Virus record (IMG/VR): IMGVR_UViG_3300049049_000146
Span: 291,216-355,215 of that record
Source of the DNA: a virus
Lineage: Duplodnaviria > Heunggongvirae > Uroviricota > Caudoviricetes
Length of the DNA: 64,000 bases
Strand: one strand, 5' to 3'
This document shows, in pieces, positions 10,308 through 20,270 of this stretch. The translations under genes and the position numbers were made by a program. Numbering within the stretch: position 1 is the first letter of the stretch; each line of letters opens with the position of its first letter. Under the pieces are notes generated by a model, which saw only the letters and a list, made by a program, of their open reading frames with translations, was not told the origin of the DNA and searched no databases.

Positions 10308-10825
10308 CGGAGGTCCCGTCGAGCGAACTCACGATCAATTACGTGATTCACGATGCGGTCTGCGTCAGCCTTCTCAAGAAGGCAGGAGCAGATGTGGCGA
10401 ATGACGTACACTTCATCAATCTTCTCCAGTACGTCAGTCACATCCTTCGACTTGAAGGTAAGCGCCTGGTCTCCGACCTGGTTGTTGAAATCTGAAATGT
10501 ACTGGGTAATGCGTGTCAGGGCGTTGTAGTAGCCCATGTAACGCTGAAGGCGGTCGTTTACCGCGGAAAAGAGGATCTCTTCGTAAGCCTTCGCGTTGTC
10601 ATCCGTAATGTTGTCGTCCGAGAACGAATTGGCCAGGGCATCGTGAAGCTCCTGGCGCATCGAGTCCATCTGCTCTTCTAAGATGGCGGCAGCGCTCTCG
10701 CGCTCCTCGGCCGACATCTCCGCTACTTCCACGGAGAAGTCGTTGAGCAGGTGCTTCAGCCTGTTCTCAAACTGCGAGATAACGCTCAATCGAGCGGCGC
10801 GGGGGCTGAGTTTGGGACGAGTCAT
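10304..10825 (-). CDS. Hypothetical protein
   Basis: 173-aa helical ORF with ATGA overlaps. Confidence 0.6.
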   Translation of the reverse strand: MTRPKLSPRAARLSVISQFENRLKHLLNDFSVEVAEMSAEERESAAAILEEQMDSMRQELHDALANSFSDDNITDDNAKAYEEILFSAVNDRLQRYMGYYNALTRITQYISDFNNQVGDQALTFKSKDVTDVLEKIDEVYVIRHICSCLLEKADADRIVNHVIDREFARRDLR

Positions 10826-11403
10826 ACTTTGTCCGCAAGAGTCTGCTTGCTCTTGCGCCCTACGTTCGAGAGACCGCCTTCGTACATCATCTCCTTCACA
10901 ATCTCAACCTGAGTGCGAAGGATGTTGAAGGACTGGTTGATATTCTGGTTTACCAGGTGAGCGGCGTCAACCAGGCGTGATACCCTGTCGAGCTTCTCCT
11001 CAATCTCAGGGCATGTGATGGAAATGACTGCATTTCGCTGCGTGTCATTCTTCAGGTTGAGCACTTCCTTCTTCAGGAACAGCTGCGCGCGAACAATAGA
11101 CAGAAGGCGCTCCAGACGACCCTTAACCGGGTTCAGTGTCAGCAGCAGATATGACGTACGATCCTTGTACGACTTGATCTGTTCTGCGATCTCCATGCCC
11201 TTCTGAAGGTCTGCTGGGCCATGGATTCTCTTGACGAGCTTATCAGCTTCCTCCATGTGCGGGAAATACTGCTGAAGTTCATCAAGGATCGACATGTCGA
11301 TCTTGATCTTCTTGGCCGAATCAAGAGCCTTTGCGATAGGAGGCTCCTGTCGGTACTCCGCAGCACGTGCCTGCCAAGAGTTAGTTGCGAGTTCGTCAGT
11401 CAT
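10822..11403 (-). CDS. Coiled-coil protein, possibly a UvsY-like recombination mediator
   Basis: All-helical 193 aa near Mre11 and RecA; the function is inferred from context only. Confidence 0.4.
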   Translation of the reverse strand: MTDELATNSWQARAAEYRQEPPIAKALDSAKKIKIDMSILDELQQYFPHMEEADKLVKRIHGPADLQKGMEIAEQIKSYKDRTSYLLLTLNPVKGRLERLLSIVRAQLFLKKEVLNLKNDTQRNAVISITCPEIEEKLDRVSRLVDAAHLVNQNINQSFNILRTQVEIVKEMMYEGGLSNVGRKSKQTLADKV

Positions 11404-11654
11404 CGGTCCACCATGACTTTCATATTAGGCACGCCGGGGTAAGCGGGGACGTTTACAAGCCGACGAACACAAAGGAAGGTGTTGTTCAACATACGGAAAT
11501 CGACAGCACCGTGACGCTCCTTTACGATCTTCGCGAACCAAGAAGCGATCACCTCAACGCGAGAGTTGAATTGCTCCGCGTCTGGTACGTCGACCAAAAG
11601 CAAGACGTGCTGGCCCTGGTTCAGAGCCTCCCACACTTTCGTATAGTCTCTCAT
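11400..11654 (-). CDS. Hypothetical protein
   Basis: 84 aa with ATGA overlaps at both ends. Confidence 0.6.
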   Translation of the reverse strand: MRDYTKVWEALNQGQHVLLLVDVPDAEQFNSRVEVIASWFAKIVKERHGAVDFRMLNNTFLCVRRLVNVPAYPGVPNMKVMVDR

Positions 11655-12682
11655 TCCACGACGCTCGAAAGAAGTGTCTCTATCTCGCCGAGAGCGATCT
11701 CAAGTTCCTCGTCTGTAGGATTCTGTTGGCGAATACCTTGCGTCAACTTATCCCGGAGGGAAGAGCCTACGTCAATCGCAAGAGACGTGATCGACTTCTC
11801 GTAATCGAACTTCACGACGTTCTCAGGAAGCTCCATCGAGGAAAGCTCCTGAGCGTCTCGCACCTTGAGCTTTACGAACGCTCCCTTAGGGACGATGTCG
11901 TCCTTCCCTGCTTTCACCAGCTGGTTAGAAGGGACGGGAACGAACTTGGGATGCTCGGGATCGTCTGTGTCGACGATAAGCACACCTTTCGGCCAATCAT
12001 CGTCGAACTTAGTCTGAACCGGGGACCCGCTGTAGAACGCCTTCGACCCGACGGCCTGATGCTTGTGGATGTCCCCACAAGCCCAATAAGTCACTGGAAG
12101 GGTCATGTCCGGAGCTTCTTCACCGGTCTTCATGCGGTAGTGAGACCCATCCTTCATCCGAGCGTCGGTGAGAGATCCTTGAATCGTCTCGTGACAGACG
12201 ACAACGAAGCTACTCGCTCCGGTGTCGATGGAGGAACGATGATAATCTCGCACGGCTCGCCTGGAATCCTTGCGGAAGTGTCCGGGGCGATGGCACAGCA
12301 GGCAGAAAACCGTGTCTCGAATCTTGACGTAGGCCGTATGCTCCACGATCGTTGAATTCTTGAACCTGCCGTGAGCATGAAGCATAGCCAGATAGTGAAT
12401 CGCCGTCTCGCCTTGAGCGTTCACTAGGTCGTGGTTCCCTGGAATGCAGAGGATGTGGTACCCTGCTGCATCGTACTCCAGGAACTTACGCTGAACTAAA
12501 TGACGCTCCTCGGGTGAGGGGTCAGGGATGTCAAAAACATCCCCAGCCACAACGACCACGTCAACATCCTGATCGTAAGCAATATCGAAGATCGCGTCGA
12601 GCATCGCTTCCTGGCGTTCCAGGAAGCGTGGCAAGAAGCGCGTACCTCCGATATGCAGATCTGCCGTGTGCAGAAAACGCAT
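11651..12682 (-). CDS. Mre11/SbcD (gp47-like) metallophosphoesterase nuclease
   Basis: HTADLHIG, AGDVFD, PGNHD, CH, GDIHK and YSGSP motifs. Confidence 0.92.
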   Translation of the reverse strand: MRFLHTADLHIGGTRFLPRFLERQEAMLDAIFDIAYDQDVDVVVVAGDVFDIPDPSPEERHLVQRKFLEYDAAGYHILCIPGNHDLVNAQGETAIHYLAMLHAHGRFKNSTIVEHTAYVKIRDTVFCLLCHRPGHFRKDSRRAVRDYHRSSIDTGASSFVVVCHETIQGSLTDARMKDGSHYRMKTGEEAPDMTLPVTYWACGDIHKHQAVGSKAFYSGSPVQTKFDDDWPKGVLIVDTDDPEHPKFVPVPSNQLVKAGKDDIVPKGAFVKLKVRDAQELSSMELPENVVKFDYEKSITSLAIDVGSSLRDKLTQGIRQQNPTDEELEIALGEIETLLSSVVE

Positions 12683-13291
12683 TCAGATATCCGGAGTGAT
12701 GCCTTCGACCTTCAGGTAGTTGAGAATCTTCGCGCTGGCTTCTTCGCGGGTGTAGAAGCGCCCAAGGTCTCGTTCGCCAGAGACGAAGTATTGCTTATAG
12801 GCCGCGGACCACAGACGTACCTGAGAGATACCGATCTGTTCCGTGGACAACTTCATCTTGAACTGGACCAGAACAACCCAGTGCTGCTTACAGGGCATCA
12901 CCAGGCCGAACCAGGTAGCAACTCCGTCGGCGATCTGCACCTTATAGAGGTTCAGAGCGACGAACAGACTCCGCTGCTTGAGCGCGGGAAGAATCCTGTC
13001 GTAGGCTGTCTCGTCGATAACAGTGATGTTCAACGAGCTAGCGAGAAACCGAGCCATCGGTAGGATGAAACGGATTTCGGCGTTCTTCACCTGAGGAGGT
13101 ACGTCAGGGAATGCTGTATCAGGCCGAAAAGAGAATTCGACCTTGTCGTCAGGACCGATGATGTTCGGGTTCGTATTGCCGTGAACGATGGCGTTACCAT
13201 CAAGGTCGAACAGAGCGCCATCAACCTTGGCGGTGGGGTCGCGCATCAGCGCGCCATCCCGCAGAAGTTCAGTAACAGGGCGATTGCTCAC
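12683..13291 (-). CDS. Hypothetical protein
   Basis: 202-aa ORF in the operon. Confidence 0.6.
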   Translation of the reverse strand: MSNRPVTELLRDGALMRDPTAKVDGALFDLDGNAIVHGNTNPNIIGPDDKVEFSFRPDTAFPDVPPQVKNAEIRFILPMARFLASSLNITVIDETAYDRILPALKQRSLFVALNLYKVQIADGVATWFGLVMPCKQHWVVLVQFKMKLSTEQIGISQVRLWSAAYKQYFVSGERDLGRFYTREEASAKILNYLKVEGITPDI

Positions 13292-13806
13292 GAATTACCC
13301 TCCACAAGAGGAAGAACATAGCTCTTCAAGTACGAAGAGCAGACCTTCTCCGCGGTCAGCATCTTGCTGCACGTCGTGAAGATTTCCTTCCCGTTGTCGA
13401 TGAGAGTAATACCCTGAAGTCGGGCACCACGAACGTCGTACGATGCGTGCAACGAAAGGACGCGACGTCCCTTCACAAACACAGCGAATGGGATCCACTG
13501 GGCACTCAAGATGCCCTTCTTCTTGGTGATGCGCTGGTCAACGAAATCGAACACCGCGTACGAACGGTCAGCGAGATCTTCTTCGCGTTCGGTCTCCAGC
13601 GCCTCCAAGACAAGCAGATCGCATTTAATGGTACGTGCGAGGCGCTCTGCGAGCGAACGCAACGCAAACTGAAGAACAAGAGAATGCTGACGCATTCTCG
13701 TCTCCTGAAAGTCAACAACGTTCCCTGAACGGAGCGCTACTGCGTCCGAGTTGAGGGAAAGGGTCGTAGACTTACGTACCATCGGTACAACGTTCGTGAT
13801 TCCCAT
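13288..13806 (-). CDS. Hypothetical protein
   Basis: 172-aa ORF in the operon; start codon uncertain. Confidence 0.55.
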   Translation of the reverse strand: MGITNVVPMVRKSTTLSLNSDAVALRSGNVVDFQETRMRQHSLVLQFALRSLAERLARTIKCDLLVLEALETEREEDLADRSYAVFDFVDQRITKKKGILSAQWIPFAVFVKGRRVLSLHASYDVRGARLQGITLIDNGKEIFTTCSKMLTAEKVCSSYLKSYVLPLVEGNS

Positions 13807-13838
13807 GAGATAACGGTCCTGACGCCTGTTTTACAAGG

Positions 13839-15134
13839 TCAGTCCCTGTTGATCACCTCAAGCATCTCACTCTCTTCGTCAGCAGCGCGTCGCCCGCGCT
13901 TCTTCTTCGGCACAGGCAGCGCTTCGGCTTCCTCGTACTGCTCCTTGAGGGCCTTGAGAGGGTTGACCTCGTCCGCAGCGGCTTCCTCGTCCACCGCGTA
14001 CACGTCTTCCCAGTTGTTAGCCGCGAAGTACATCTTGAACGCGGTGCCCGATTCGATCTGGCTGCGGCACACGTCGCGGAAAGCGTTCGTGCAGAACAGC
14101 GCCATCAATTCGTCCACGCTCTGGTAGCTCTTGCCGTTCCAGTCGAAGTTCTCACCATCAAGCTGCATGTTGAGCAGCTTGCGACTTCCCTTCGCCTCCA
14201 GCTGCCCGGTCAGCTGCAAGTACCCGTAGGCGTCACGGCCGCGTTCGTATCCGCGCCCGAAAGCAACGGCGAGAGTATCCTTACACTCCAAGAACGGAAC
14301 GAACTGCTTGTTCTTCTTCGTGGAGATATTCACGTAGCGCATCGAACGATTGCGCTCCTCGAATACCTTACCGACCGCCTGGAACCTGATCTTCAGGTCG
14401 GGGTAGAAATCAACAGCCTGGCCACCGGGCTCGTACTCAGGGTTGCCGTACATTACGCCCGGCTTGAGACGAGTCTGGTTGGTGGCGAACAAGCTACAGT
14501 TCTTACGGCCGAGCTTGCTCTTGATGAGCGGCATGAACTGCGAGTGCACCGCGGCCTGCGCAGCCATACGAATGTTCTCGTCATCCTCCTCAATCGCTTC
14601 AGGCAGCATGGCTGCAAGCGAATCGATCAGGAACAAAGCAGGAGGGAACGGACGTCCTCCAGGACCGGGGGTGTAATCCGGCATCGACGACAGAAGACGG
14701 CTGATAACGCGATACGTTGCCTCTGCCGTGGTCGGCTGGAAGTAGTTGAAGAGCGGGTTCTTGGTCCCGTCCTTCAGTCGAATCTTGATTCCGAGCGAAT
14801 GGAGGTACTTGCTGTCCGCCGACGCTTCATGGTCGAACAAGAAGACAGGAATACCCAGCTTGATCGCGCTGGAAATCAAGTGGTAACTGCAAGTGCTCTT
14901 GCTGCTACCTGGCAAGCCGTAGGTATTTCCGATCTTACCTGGCGGCATTCCACCACCAGTGATCAGGTCAAGAACGAGACTTCCGAAGGAAATAGCGCCC
15001 TGGACGTAGGAACCACGGTCAAGGTTGACGGGAGGGTTGTCGTTTTCAGCACCGATAGCTTCTGCCTTACGAGCAAGCTCAAGCGGGTCGGTGGTAAAAA
15101 CCTTCTCTGGTACGGACTTCTTCTCTTTTGCCAT
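13839..15134 (-). CDS. recA: RecA/UvsX recombinase
   Basis: ISFGSLVLDLITGGGMPPG, Walker A GLPGSSKST, IDSLAAM, NQTRLKPGVMYGNPEYEPGGQAVDFY. Confidence 0.95.
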   Translation of the reverse strand: MAKEKKSVPEKVFTTDPLELARKAEAIGAENDNPPVNLDRGSYVQGAISFGSLVLDLITGGGMPPGKIGNTYGLPGSSKSTCSYHLISSAIKLGIPVFLFDHEASADSKYLHSLGIKIRLKDGTKNPLFNYFQPTTAEATYRVISRLLSSMPDYTPGPGGRPFPPALFLIDSLAAMLPEAIEEDDENIRMAAQAAVHSQFMPLIKSKLGRKNCSLFATNQTRLKPGVMYGNPEYEPGGQAVDFYPDLKIRFQAVGKVFEERNRSMRYVNISTKKNKQFVPFLECKDTLAVAFGRGYERGRDAYGYLQLTGQLEAKGSRKLLNMQLDGENFDWNGKSYQSVDELMALFCTNAFRDVCRSQIESGTAFKMYFAANNWEDVYAVDEEAAADEVNPLKALKEQYEEAEALPVPKKKRGRRAADEESEMLEVINRD

Positions 15135-15161
15135 GTGACGGACTCTTTACGGTTTACGGGG

Positions 15162-16907
15162 TTACTGTGTACGTTGAACTAGAACGATGTGCCCTTTTGC
15201 ATCAAAGCAGAAAGGACTCGACCAAGCGGTAGACGCGGATTGCAGTACGGGGTCAGCGTTCGCAGGAAGCCAGACGCGTAGAGCGCTGTCGTCCTCCGGA
15301 CATCTGAATTTCGGACGAAGAGACTTCGTCGAAATCAAGGCACAAGCATTCTGTGCCCACTCCCAATAGTAGCGCATAAACGCATCAAGGGGAGCCCCAG
15401 AACGCACAGAATCGATCTCCTCTTCTGCCTCGGCGCAGAAATCAGCGTCAAGAAGATCGGGTACTGTCTTCTTGAGAAATGTTACGAGTGACTCACCACG
15501 CAACGTAGGGCGTACGGTGCCTCCGTGGATGATTACGTAACCTTCGTCAAGGAGATGAGTGAACATACTTCGGTAAAGCGAGGGGCGCCCCATCATCGCC
15601 TCGTCGAGCTTGTGCAGGAGGGAAGCGTACGTATGGCGTACAGGCCCCGAGCTACGAGGGCGGACAGCGTAGTCGATGATGGTCAACTGACCGTCTTCGA
15701 GCGTCTGGCCGCGGTCTAGGAACAGCTTACTACTCAGTTGATGCCATCCGAGACTACTAGAAGCGGCGCCACGAGCCCGAAGAACAATTCCATCCGCTTC
15801 GTGAACACATTCCTGCGTGTCGACAACGTAAGAATTTCCCTGAGTAGCTAGAGTGCGGAACCAAATCGCCGAGTAAACGGTTCGAAGGTCCCCTCCCAGC
15901 GAGGAATCTGCAGGGCTCACCTTGATTGCGACGGGGCGAACGGCCTCTTCACCTCCATCGACACCAAAACGAGTCGACGGAGATAGAAGTGACGAACCAA
16001 AAGTCTTCAGTACGTAATCTCGAACCTGGTCAACGGTCGAACACCTTAGTGTAGTCGCTTGCGTGTACGGGTACGTGATCATACCCATCGCGTACAAGGC
16101 GTCACACAAATCAAGAGACTTAGCTGGCGAGAAGTCGTATCGAGCGGCGAGGAAATGAAGCAGTGATGAGGTGTTAAATGGCGCTGGTGCTGGTACTGCC
16201 TCACGGGCTGAGGTGTACGCGGGAGCAGCTAGCTTAACCTTCTCTGCCGCGGTGATGGCTTCCTGCTCCGAGGGGAACGAAACAACCGATTCAGAGATCG
16301 ATCCGTCCTCCAACGTGGCGTAAATAGCCCACTGCTTCTCGCTGGGGCGGCCTCGAACCTTACGTTCACGACGCGCTAGATGGTTCAACAGGAAGGCGGT
16401 CGAGAGACGAAGAACTCCCGCCCCCGGCCCTAGCCGCTTCTCAACCAACGGCCCAATCTCGAACGCAATAAAGCGCTCAATGGCCTCGCGGGCTAGGTAA
16501 GCGTTTACCTGTGACTCGTTGATCGAGGATCTCACCTCCAACGCCGCAGCCACAGCACCAGAGGTAAGCTCGCTTACTCGAACGCGGTTGAACGGTTTTC
16601 CGCAGACCTCTGACGTGATCGAGATCTGCTTAGCTATGAATTCACCCTCATCGTCGTCCAAAGTCAGAGCGACTACTTCGTCTGCTTCCGAAATGGCTGC
16701 TTTGATCCGAGCCATCGTCTTCGAGTCACGCACGCCGTACTTCGGAACGAAGTTCTCCTTGGGGTCGAATGCGCGCTGCTTCTTAGGCAGACCGGCGTAG
16801 ATTCCGTTGCAAGAAATCACGCTGACGTCGCTGATCTTCGCAGCAACGCCAGACAACAAACTTGCTCGGGCAGGAGATTCGACGATCAGAAGTCGCATGC
16901 TACTCAA
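15162..16907 (-). CDS. topA: Type IA DNA topoisomerase-like protein, divergent active site
   Basis: IVESP, DDDEGE.IA toprim, PFNTSSL, LY..G.ITY, EAVRP, GRPS.Y, PT.RG, T/CAE.EEE.D; several conserved residues are substituted. Confidence 0.85.
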   Translation of the reverse strand: MSSMRLLIVESPARASLLSGVAAKISDVSVISCNGIYAGLPKKQRAFDPKENFVPKYGVRDSKTMARIKAAISEADEVVALTLDDDEGEFIAKQISITSEVCGKPFNRVRVSELTSGAVAAALEVRSSINESQVNAYLAREAIERFIAFEIGPLVEKRLGPGAGVLRLSTAFLLNHLARRERKVRGRPSEKQWAIYATLEDGSISESVVSFPSEQEAITAAEKVKLAAPAYTSAREAVPAPAPFNTSSLLHFLAARYDFSPAKSLDLCDALYAMGMITYPYTQATTLRCSTVDQVRDYVLKTFGSSLLSPSTRFGVDGGEEAVRPVAIKVSPADSSLGGDLRTVYSAIWFRTLATQGNSYVVDTQECVHEADGIVLRARGAASSSLGWHQLSSKLFLDRGQTLEDGQLTIIDYAVRPRSSGPVRHTYASLLHKLDEAMMGRPSLYRSMFTHLLDEGYVIIHGGTVRPTLRGESLVTFLKKTVPDLLDADFCAEAEEEIDSVRSGAPLDAFMRYYWEWAQNACALISTKSLRPKFRCPEDDSALRVWLPANADPVLQSASTAWSSPFCFDAKGHIVLVQRTQ

Positions 16908-17202
16908 CCGAAGACACTGCTTCCATCACCTCTTCTTCGATGGGAACTCCAACGCTCTTGTGGCGAAGACGTCCACCGGAGAAAAGTCTCAATTGAGGCA
17001 CACGAACACAAGCGAATTCCTCGATCTTCGAGGTCTTGTCAGAGACAGGTACGACGAAAACCTCGAAATCGTTGGCGCGCAGCCGTGTCTCAAGAAGAGA
17101 AAAGACCGATCTTGCGCGCGTACACAGGGGCTCGTTCTCCTGGATGAGAAGGACGGCCACATTCGCTCGTGAGCGAATCTGAGAGAGTGCCTGTTCGTGC
17201 AT
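16900..17202 (-). CDS. Thioredoxin-fold protein lacking CxxC
   Basis: 100 aa; 'EPLC' single Cys, cis-Pro motif 'VRVPQLRLFSGG', 'VG...E.V' end. Confidence 0.6.
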   Translation of the reverse strand: MHEQALSQIRSRANVAVLLIQENEPLCTRARSVFSLLETRLRANDFEVFVVPVSDKTSKIEEFACVRVPQLRLFSGGRLRHKSVGVPIEEEVMEAVSSVE

Positions 17203-17220
17203 GTCTGCCTCAATATGAGG

Positions 17221-17256
17221 GAAAGAAAAGGGGCGGAAGGAAATCCCTCCGCCCCT
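17221..17256 (-). terminator. Intrinsic terminator after the SSB gene
   Basis: AGGGGCGGA/TCCGCCCCT stem plus TTTCTTT on the minus strand. Confidence 0.8.
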
Positions 17257-17263
17257 AAGCTAA

Positions 17264-18304
17264 TCACTCATCATCGTCTGCGTCGTCGTCGAAATCATCA
17301 TCGTCGACAGGAGCCCTCTTGATGGGCTTCGCAGGGGCAGCAGCCTTCGCAGGCTTCTTAGCGGGCACGACGTCATCATCGTCGTCATCGTCGTCTACGA
17401 CCGGCTTCGCCTTCTTGGCGGGCTTGACGTCGTCATCGTCGTCTACGACCGGCTTCTTGGCCGGCTTCTTCACCGGCACATCGTCGTCATCGTCGTCGAC
17501 TGCGGGCTTCTTTGCAGCCGGCTTTCGAACCGGCACATCGTCATCATCGTCGTCATCGACAGCAGGCTTGGACGGCTTCTTGGAGGGCTTCACGTCCTCC
17601 TCTTCATCGTCCATCTTCTTCGACATAGGCTTCTTCCCGCCAGGGACCTTCGTCGAATCTTCGTCGCCGTCGTTGAAGTATCCGTGGCGCTTCAAGTCCT
17701 CGCGGATACGATGCACATCTGGCTCCAGATAGTGCTCGTCGAAGCTGATGAATTCAAATGCCTGCTCTTCCTCAGTGAGAGGAGAGCGATCACCCTTCTG
17801 AACCGCCCACTCAACGCCGCCACGCTTCTTAGAGCGCTGCTTCATGAGGAAGATATCAGTTCCGAACTTCGGGTGCGCGACAGAGTACGCCTGACCCTTC
17901 ACCGTGTTCAGCTTCTTCAGATCGATGATCTGGCGCATGACGGTGGGGGCGATATCGAGAGCACGGATCGGGTCGGACGAGCCGCTCTGCTGCGCCTCGC
18001 GGTCGATGACGTTCATCATGTAACGAACGCCAGGACGCTCACCAAGCTCGCAGACAGGGCAGTTGCCCTTCTTGCTCGTCGACTCGGTGGACTGATCCCA
18101 GTTTGCGCAGTCTACAGGATAGCGCTTCGTCTCGCCATTCTTGTTCTGGAACTCGATCCAGTGCTGCGCATAGGTAAAGACACCGCCGACAATACGGAAG
18201 CCATACCACTCATCCATCTTCGGCATGGCGACCTGGGGAATCTCTTCCTTCCAGTTCTTGTCACGGGTCCTAGGGTTTACGTCGTCAAAGTCCTTCAATG
18301 CCAT
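17264..18304 (-). CDS. gp32-like single-stranded DNA-binding protein
   Basis: HW..F...C....CPVCE...RYMMNVIDR, HPKFGTDI, and a long acidic tail. Confidence 0.8.
   Translation of the reverse strand: MALKDFDDVNPRTRDKNWKEEIPQVAMPKMDEWYGFRIVGGVFTYAQHWIEFQNKNGETKRYPVDCANWDQSTESTSKKGNCPVCELGERPGVRYMMNVIDREAQQSGSSDPIRALDIAPTVMRQIIDLKKLNTVKGQAYSVAHPKFGTDIFLMKQRSKKRGGVEWAVQKGDRSPLTEEEQAFEFISFDEHYLEPDVHRIREDLKRHGYFNDGDEDSTKVPGGKKPMSKKMDDEEEDVKPSKKPSKPAVDDDDDDDVPVRKPAAKKPAVDDDDDDVPVKKPAKKPVVDDDDDVKPAKKAKPVVDDDDDDDDVVPAKKPAKAAAPAKPIKRAPVDDDDFDDDADDDE
17270..17620 (-). repeat. Imperfect tandem coding repeats (KPAKKP-V-DDDDD) in the SSB tail
   Basis: About six alternating Lys/Pro and poly-Asp blocks in the translation, with repeated TCGTCATCG in the DNA. 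Confidence 0.85.
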
Positions 18305-18316
18305 TGTTCTGATTTT

Positions 18317-19570
18317 CTACGGGTTACGGGTTAGTGGGGTACGTGCGGAGGATTGCTGCCTACGACGTTCTGCTTCTACTTTTCCCGGATCAAGCTCCTG
18401 CGCGACGTACTCGATTAGTCCGAAATGCAAACAGACTAGATTTCGTAGGTCGACAGGTAGATTGTCCAGTAAGACGTTTACAGAGTCAGAGGGGGAGTAA
18501 GCTAAGATGTCAACTTCATCAGGACTTTCCACCAAGTTCATCGCGGACGTACCGCCATCGGACTTGAGTGGGTAATCCAAAGAGCGCACTTGAGACGTGC
18601 GCACGGTGTTATATATCGTCTCCACGTGAGACTTTGAATACCCAGACAATTCTGAAAGATCAGAATCGTCAAGGGGCCCGTGCTGTGACTCAAGCTTCGA
18701 GCGGATCGCCTCCAGTTTGGCGTAATGCTGCCAGGTATTGGAGGAGACCTTGATGAGGTTCGAATCTTCCTTTACATAGAAGAGCATGCTCTGGCGAATC
18801 CACCAGCGAGCATGCCCTACGAATCTCGCGTTTGACACGTGGTCATACGACGAGGTCGCACGCAGCAGCCCGAACGAACCGTTCTGGAAATTGTCGAGCG
18901 AATGATCGTCAGAAATGGCCTGACTCTTCGCCAACTTCAGGATTACGCGTGAATAGGCGTTGAAGATCTTGTCGTAGATGCGTCGCAACGCGTCGAGTCG
19001 GCGCTCAACATAGCGGATCACGCCAAATGAACTGAGCGGGTCGAGGAAACACTGCTGCTCGATGCGGTGACACTCTGCGTCGGCAGCAGAAGCGCGCAGT
19101 AAGTCACCCTGCGCGTACGCCTCACTCGACGCGATGCATGCCTCAGTGTAACCGTTCGTAGCCGCAACCCAGTCCTTTACGATCTGCTCGAAGACCATGC
19201 GGGTCAACGGTAAGCTCAGGATCAGGTCAATTTGACGATCTACGTCGGCGTCAAGGAGTGCCCGCTGAAGGTCCATGCAGCGACACAGGAACTCTGCCTG
19301 ACGTTCCTCGGCATCCGGAGGTACATCACGTACGGAACCATCAACGAACGCCACAGAGCGTCGGTAAATCGCCTTATTGCGGTCGAGATTCGCCGCGACC
19401 TCCGCGCCAAGAGCCACGATGCGCAGCTGTACGTAATTGCTCTCACGCACAATCAAGCGAACACAGTCGTTCACGAGGTGCGACGCGCGAGCGAACAGGG
19501 GGAAAAGCTCTTCTTGGGTGAGCGTTTCTCCTGTGTTTACGGACTCGATGAGTTTTCTGGCTGAAAGCAT
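18317..19570 (-). CDS. Phage sigma70-family RNA polymerase sigma factor
   Basis: Region 2 'DNFQNGSFGLLRATSSYD...RFVGHARWWIRQSM', region 3 'SLDYPL', region 4-like 'LP...R.LVCLHFGL'. Confidence 0.9.
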   Translation of the reverse strand: MLSARKLIESVNTGETLTQEELFPLFARASHLVNDCVRLIVRESNYVQLRIVALGAEVAANLDRNKAIYRRSVAFVDGSVRDVPPDAEERQAEFLCRCMDLQRALLDADVDRQIDLILSLPLTRMVFEQIVKDWVAATNGYTEACIASSEAYAQGDLLRASAADAECHRIEQQCFLDPLSSFGVIRYVERRLDALRRIYDKIFNAYSRVILKLAKSQAISDDHSLDNFQNGSFGLLRATSSYDHVSNARFVGHARWWIRQSMLFYVKEDSNLIKVSSNTWQHYAKLEAIRSKLESQHGPLDDSDLSELSGYSKSHVETIYNTVRTSQVRSLDYPLKSDGGTSAMNLVESPDEVDILAYSPSDSVNVLLDNLPVDLRNLVCLHFGLIEYVAQELDPGKVEAERRRQQSSARTPLTRNP

Positions 19571-20034
19571 CAGGTGAGTCGCTTGAGCCTATCGCTGATC
19601 GTGATGTCCCGCGACTGTTCGCGGAGGCGCTTCGCTTCAGTGTTGTTTGAGTAGAGCACGGTCTCGGCCAGTTTCAACAAGTGGGGGCACAGGCCCACCT
19701 TCTGGTCGGACCGAAAGCGGTCAGGGATATCGCCGCGCTCGACTTTCGAGTCAGTCGCGCCGTTCGTGTACAACGAATTCGACAGACGATATTTGAAGTA
19801 CGCACAGGTACACCCAACCTTTACAGAAGCAGTAGCGTCAACCTTCTCTGCGTACATATGAATTGTAGGTCTGCGTGGTTGCTCGCCGCCGACGACAATC
19901 GCTGAGAACGAGAGATACTCTCCGCCTTCGTCCTCGCCTTTGCTCTGCTTAAGGGTGTCGATCACGTAGTCACCCTTGAACATCTTCTTGTCCGTGGCAG
20001 TGATCGATAGCAGCTGAGCAAGGGATAGCGACAT
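19570..20034 (-). CDS. SWIM zinc-finger protein
   Basis: V.CTC..F.YR ... GLCPHL (CxCxnCxH). Confidence 0.8.
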   Translation of the reverse strand: MSLSLAQLLSITATDKKMFKGDYVIDTLKQSKGEDEGGEYLSFSAIVVGGEQPRRPTIHMYAEKVDATASVKVGCTCAYFKYRLSNSLYTNGATDSKVERGDIPDRFRSDQKVGLCPHLLKLAETVLYSNNTEAKRLREQSRDITISDRLKRLT

Positions 20035-20270
20035 CAGAACACCTTGAATACCTTGTTCATCAACTCAAGCGAGGCACGCAACTTACGCAAAATGAAGCGA
20101 TTCTTAGGCGTAAGATGCTCAGAGATACGCGATGCCTGCGTGTCCATGAGAAGGAAGGCTAGGACTTGGGAGAGATAGAAGATGTCTTCACCCTCTTGAA
20201 TCCCTCGCGCTGCCATCTCGGACCGCATGCGCCTCGCGTCCTCCGCAACGTCTTGGTAAGATTTGTTCAT
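20034..20270 (-). CDS. Hypothetical protein
   Basis: 78 aa with a TGATG overlap to the SWIM gene. Confidence 0.55.
   Translation of the reverse strand: MNKSYQDVAEDARRMRSEMAARGIQEGEDIFYLSQVLAFLLMDTQASRISEHLTPKNRFILRKLRASLELMNKVFKVF

Noticed and set aside
13839-15134. Non-canonical RecA Walker A (GLPGSSKS) as a sign of inactivity
   Set aside because: The Lys-Ser is retained, and phage UvsX-type recombinases tolerate substitution at that Gly.
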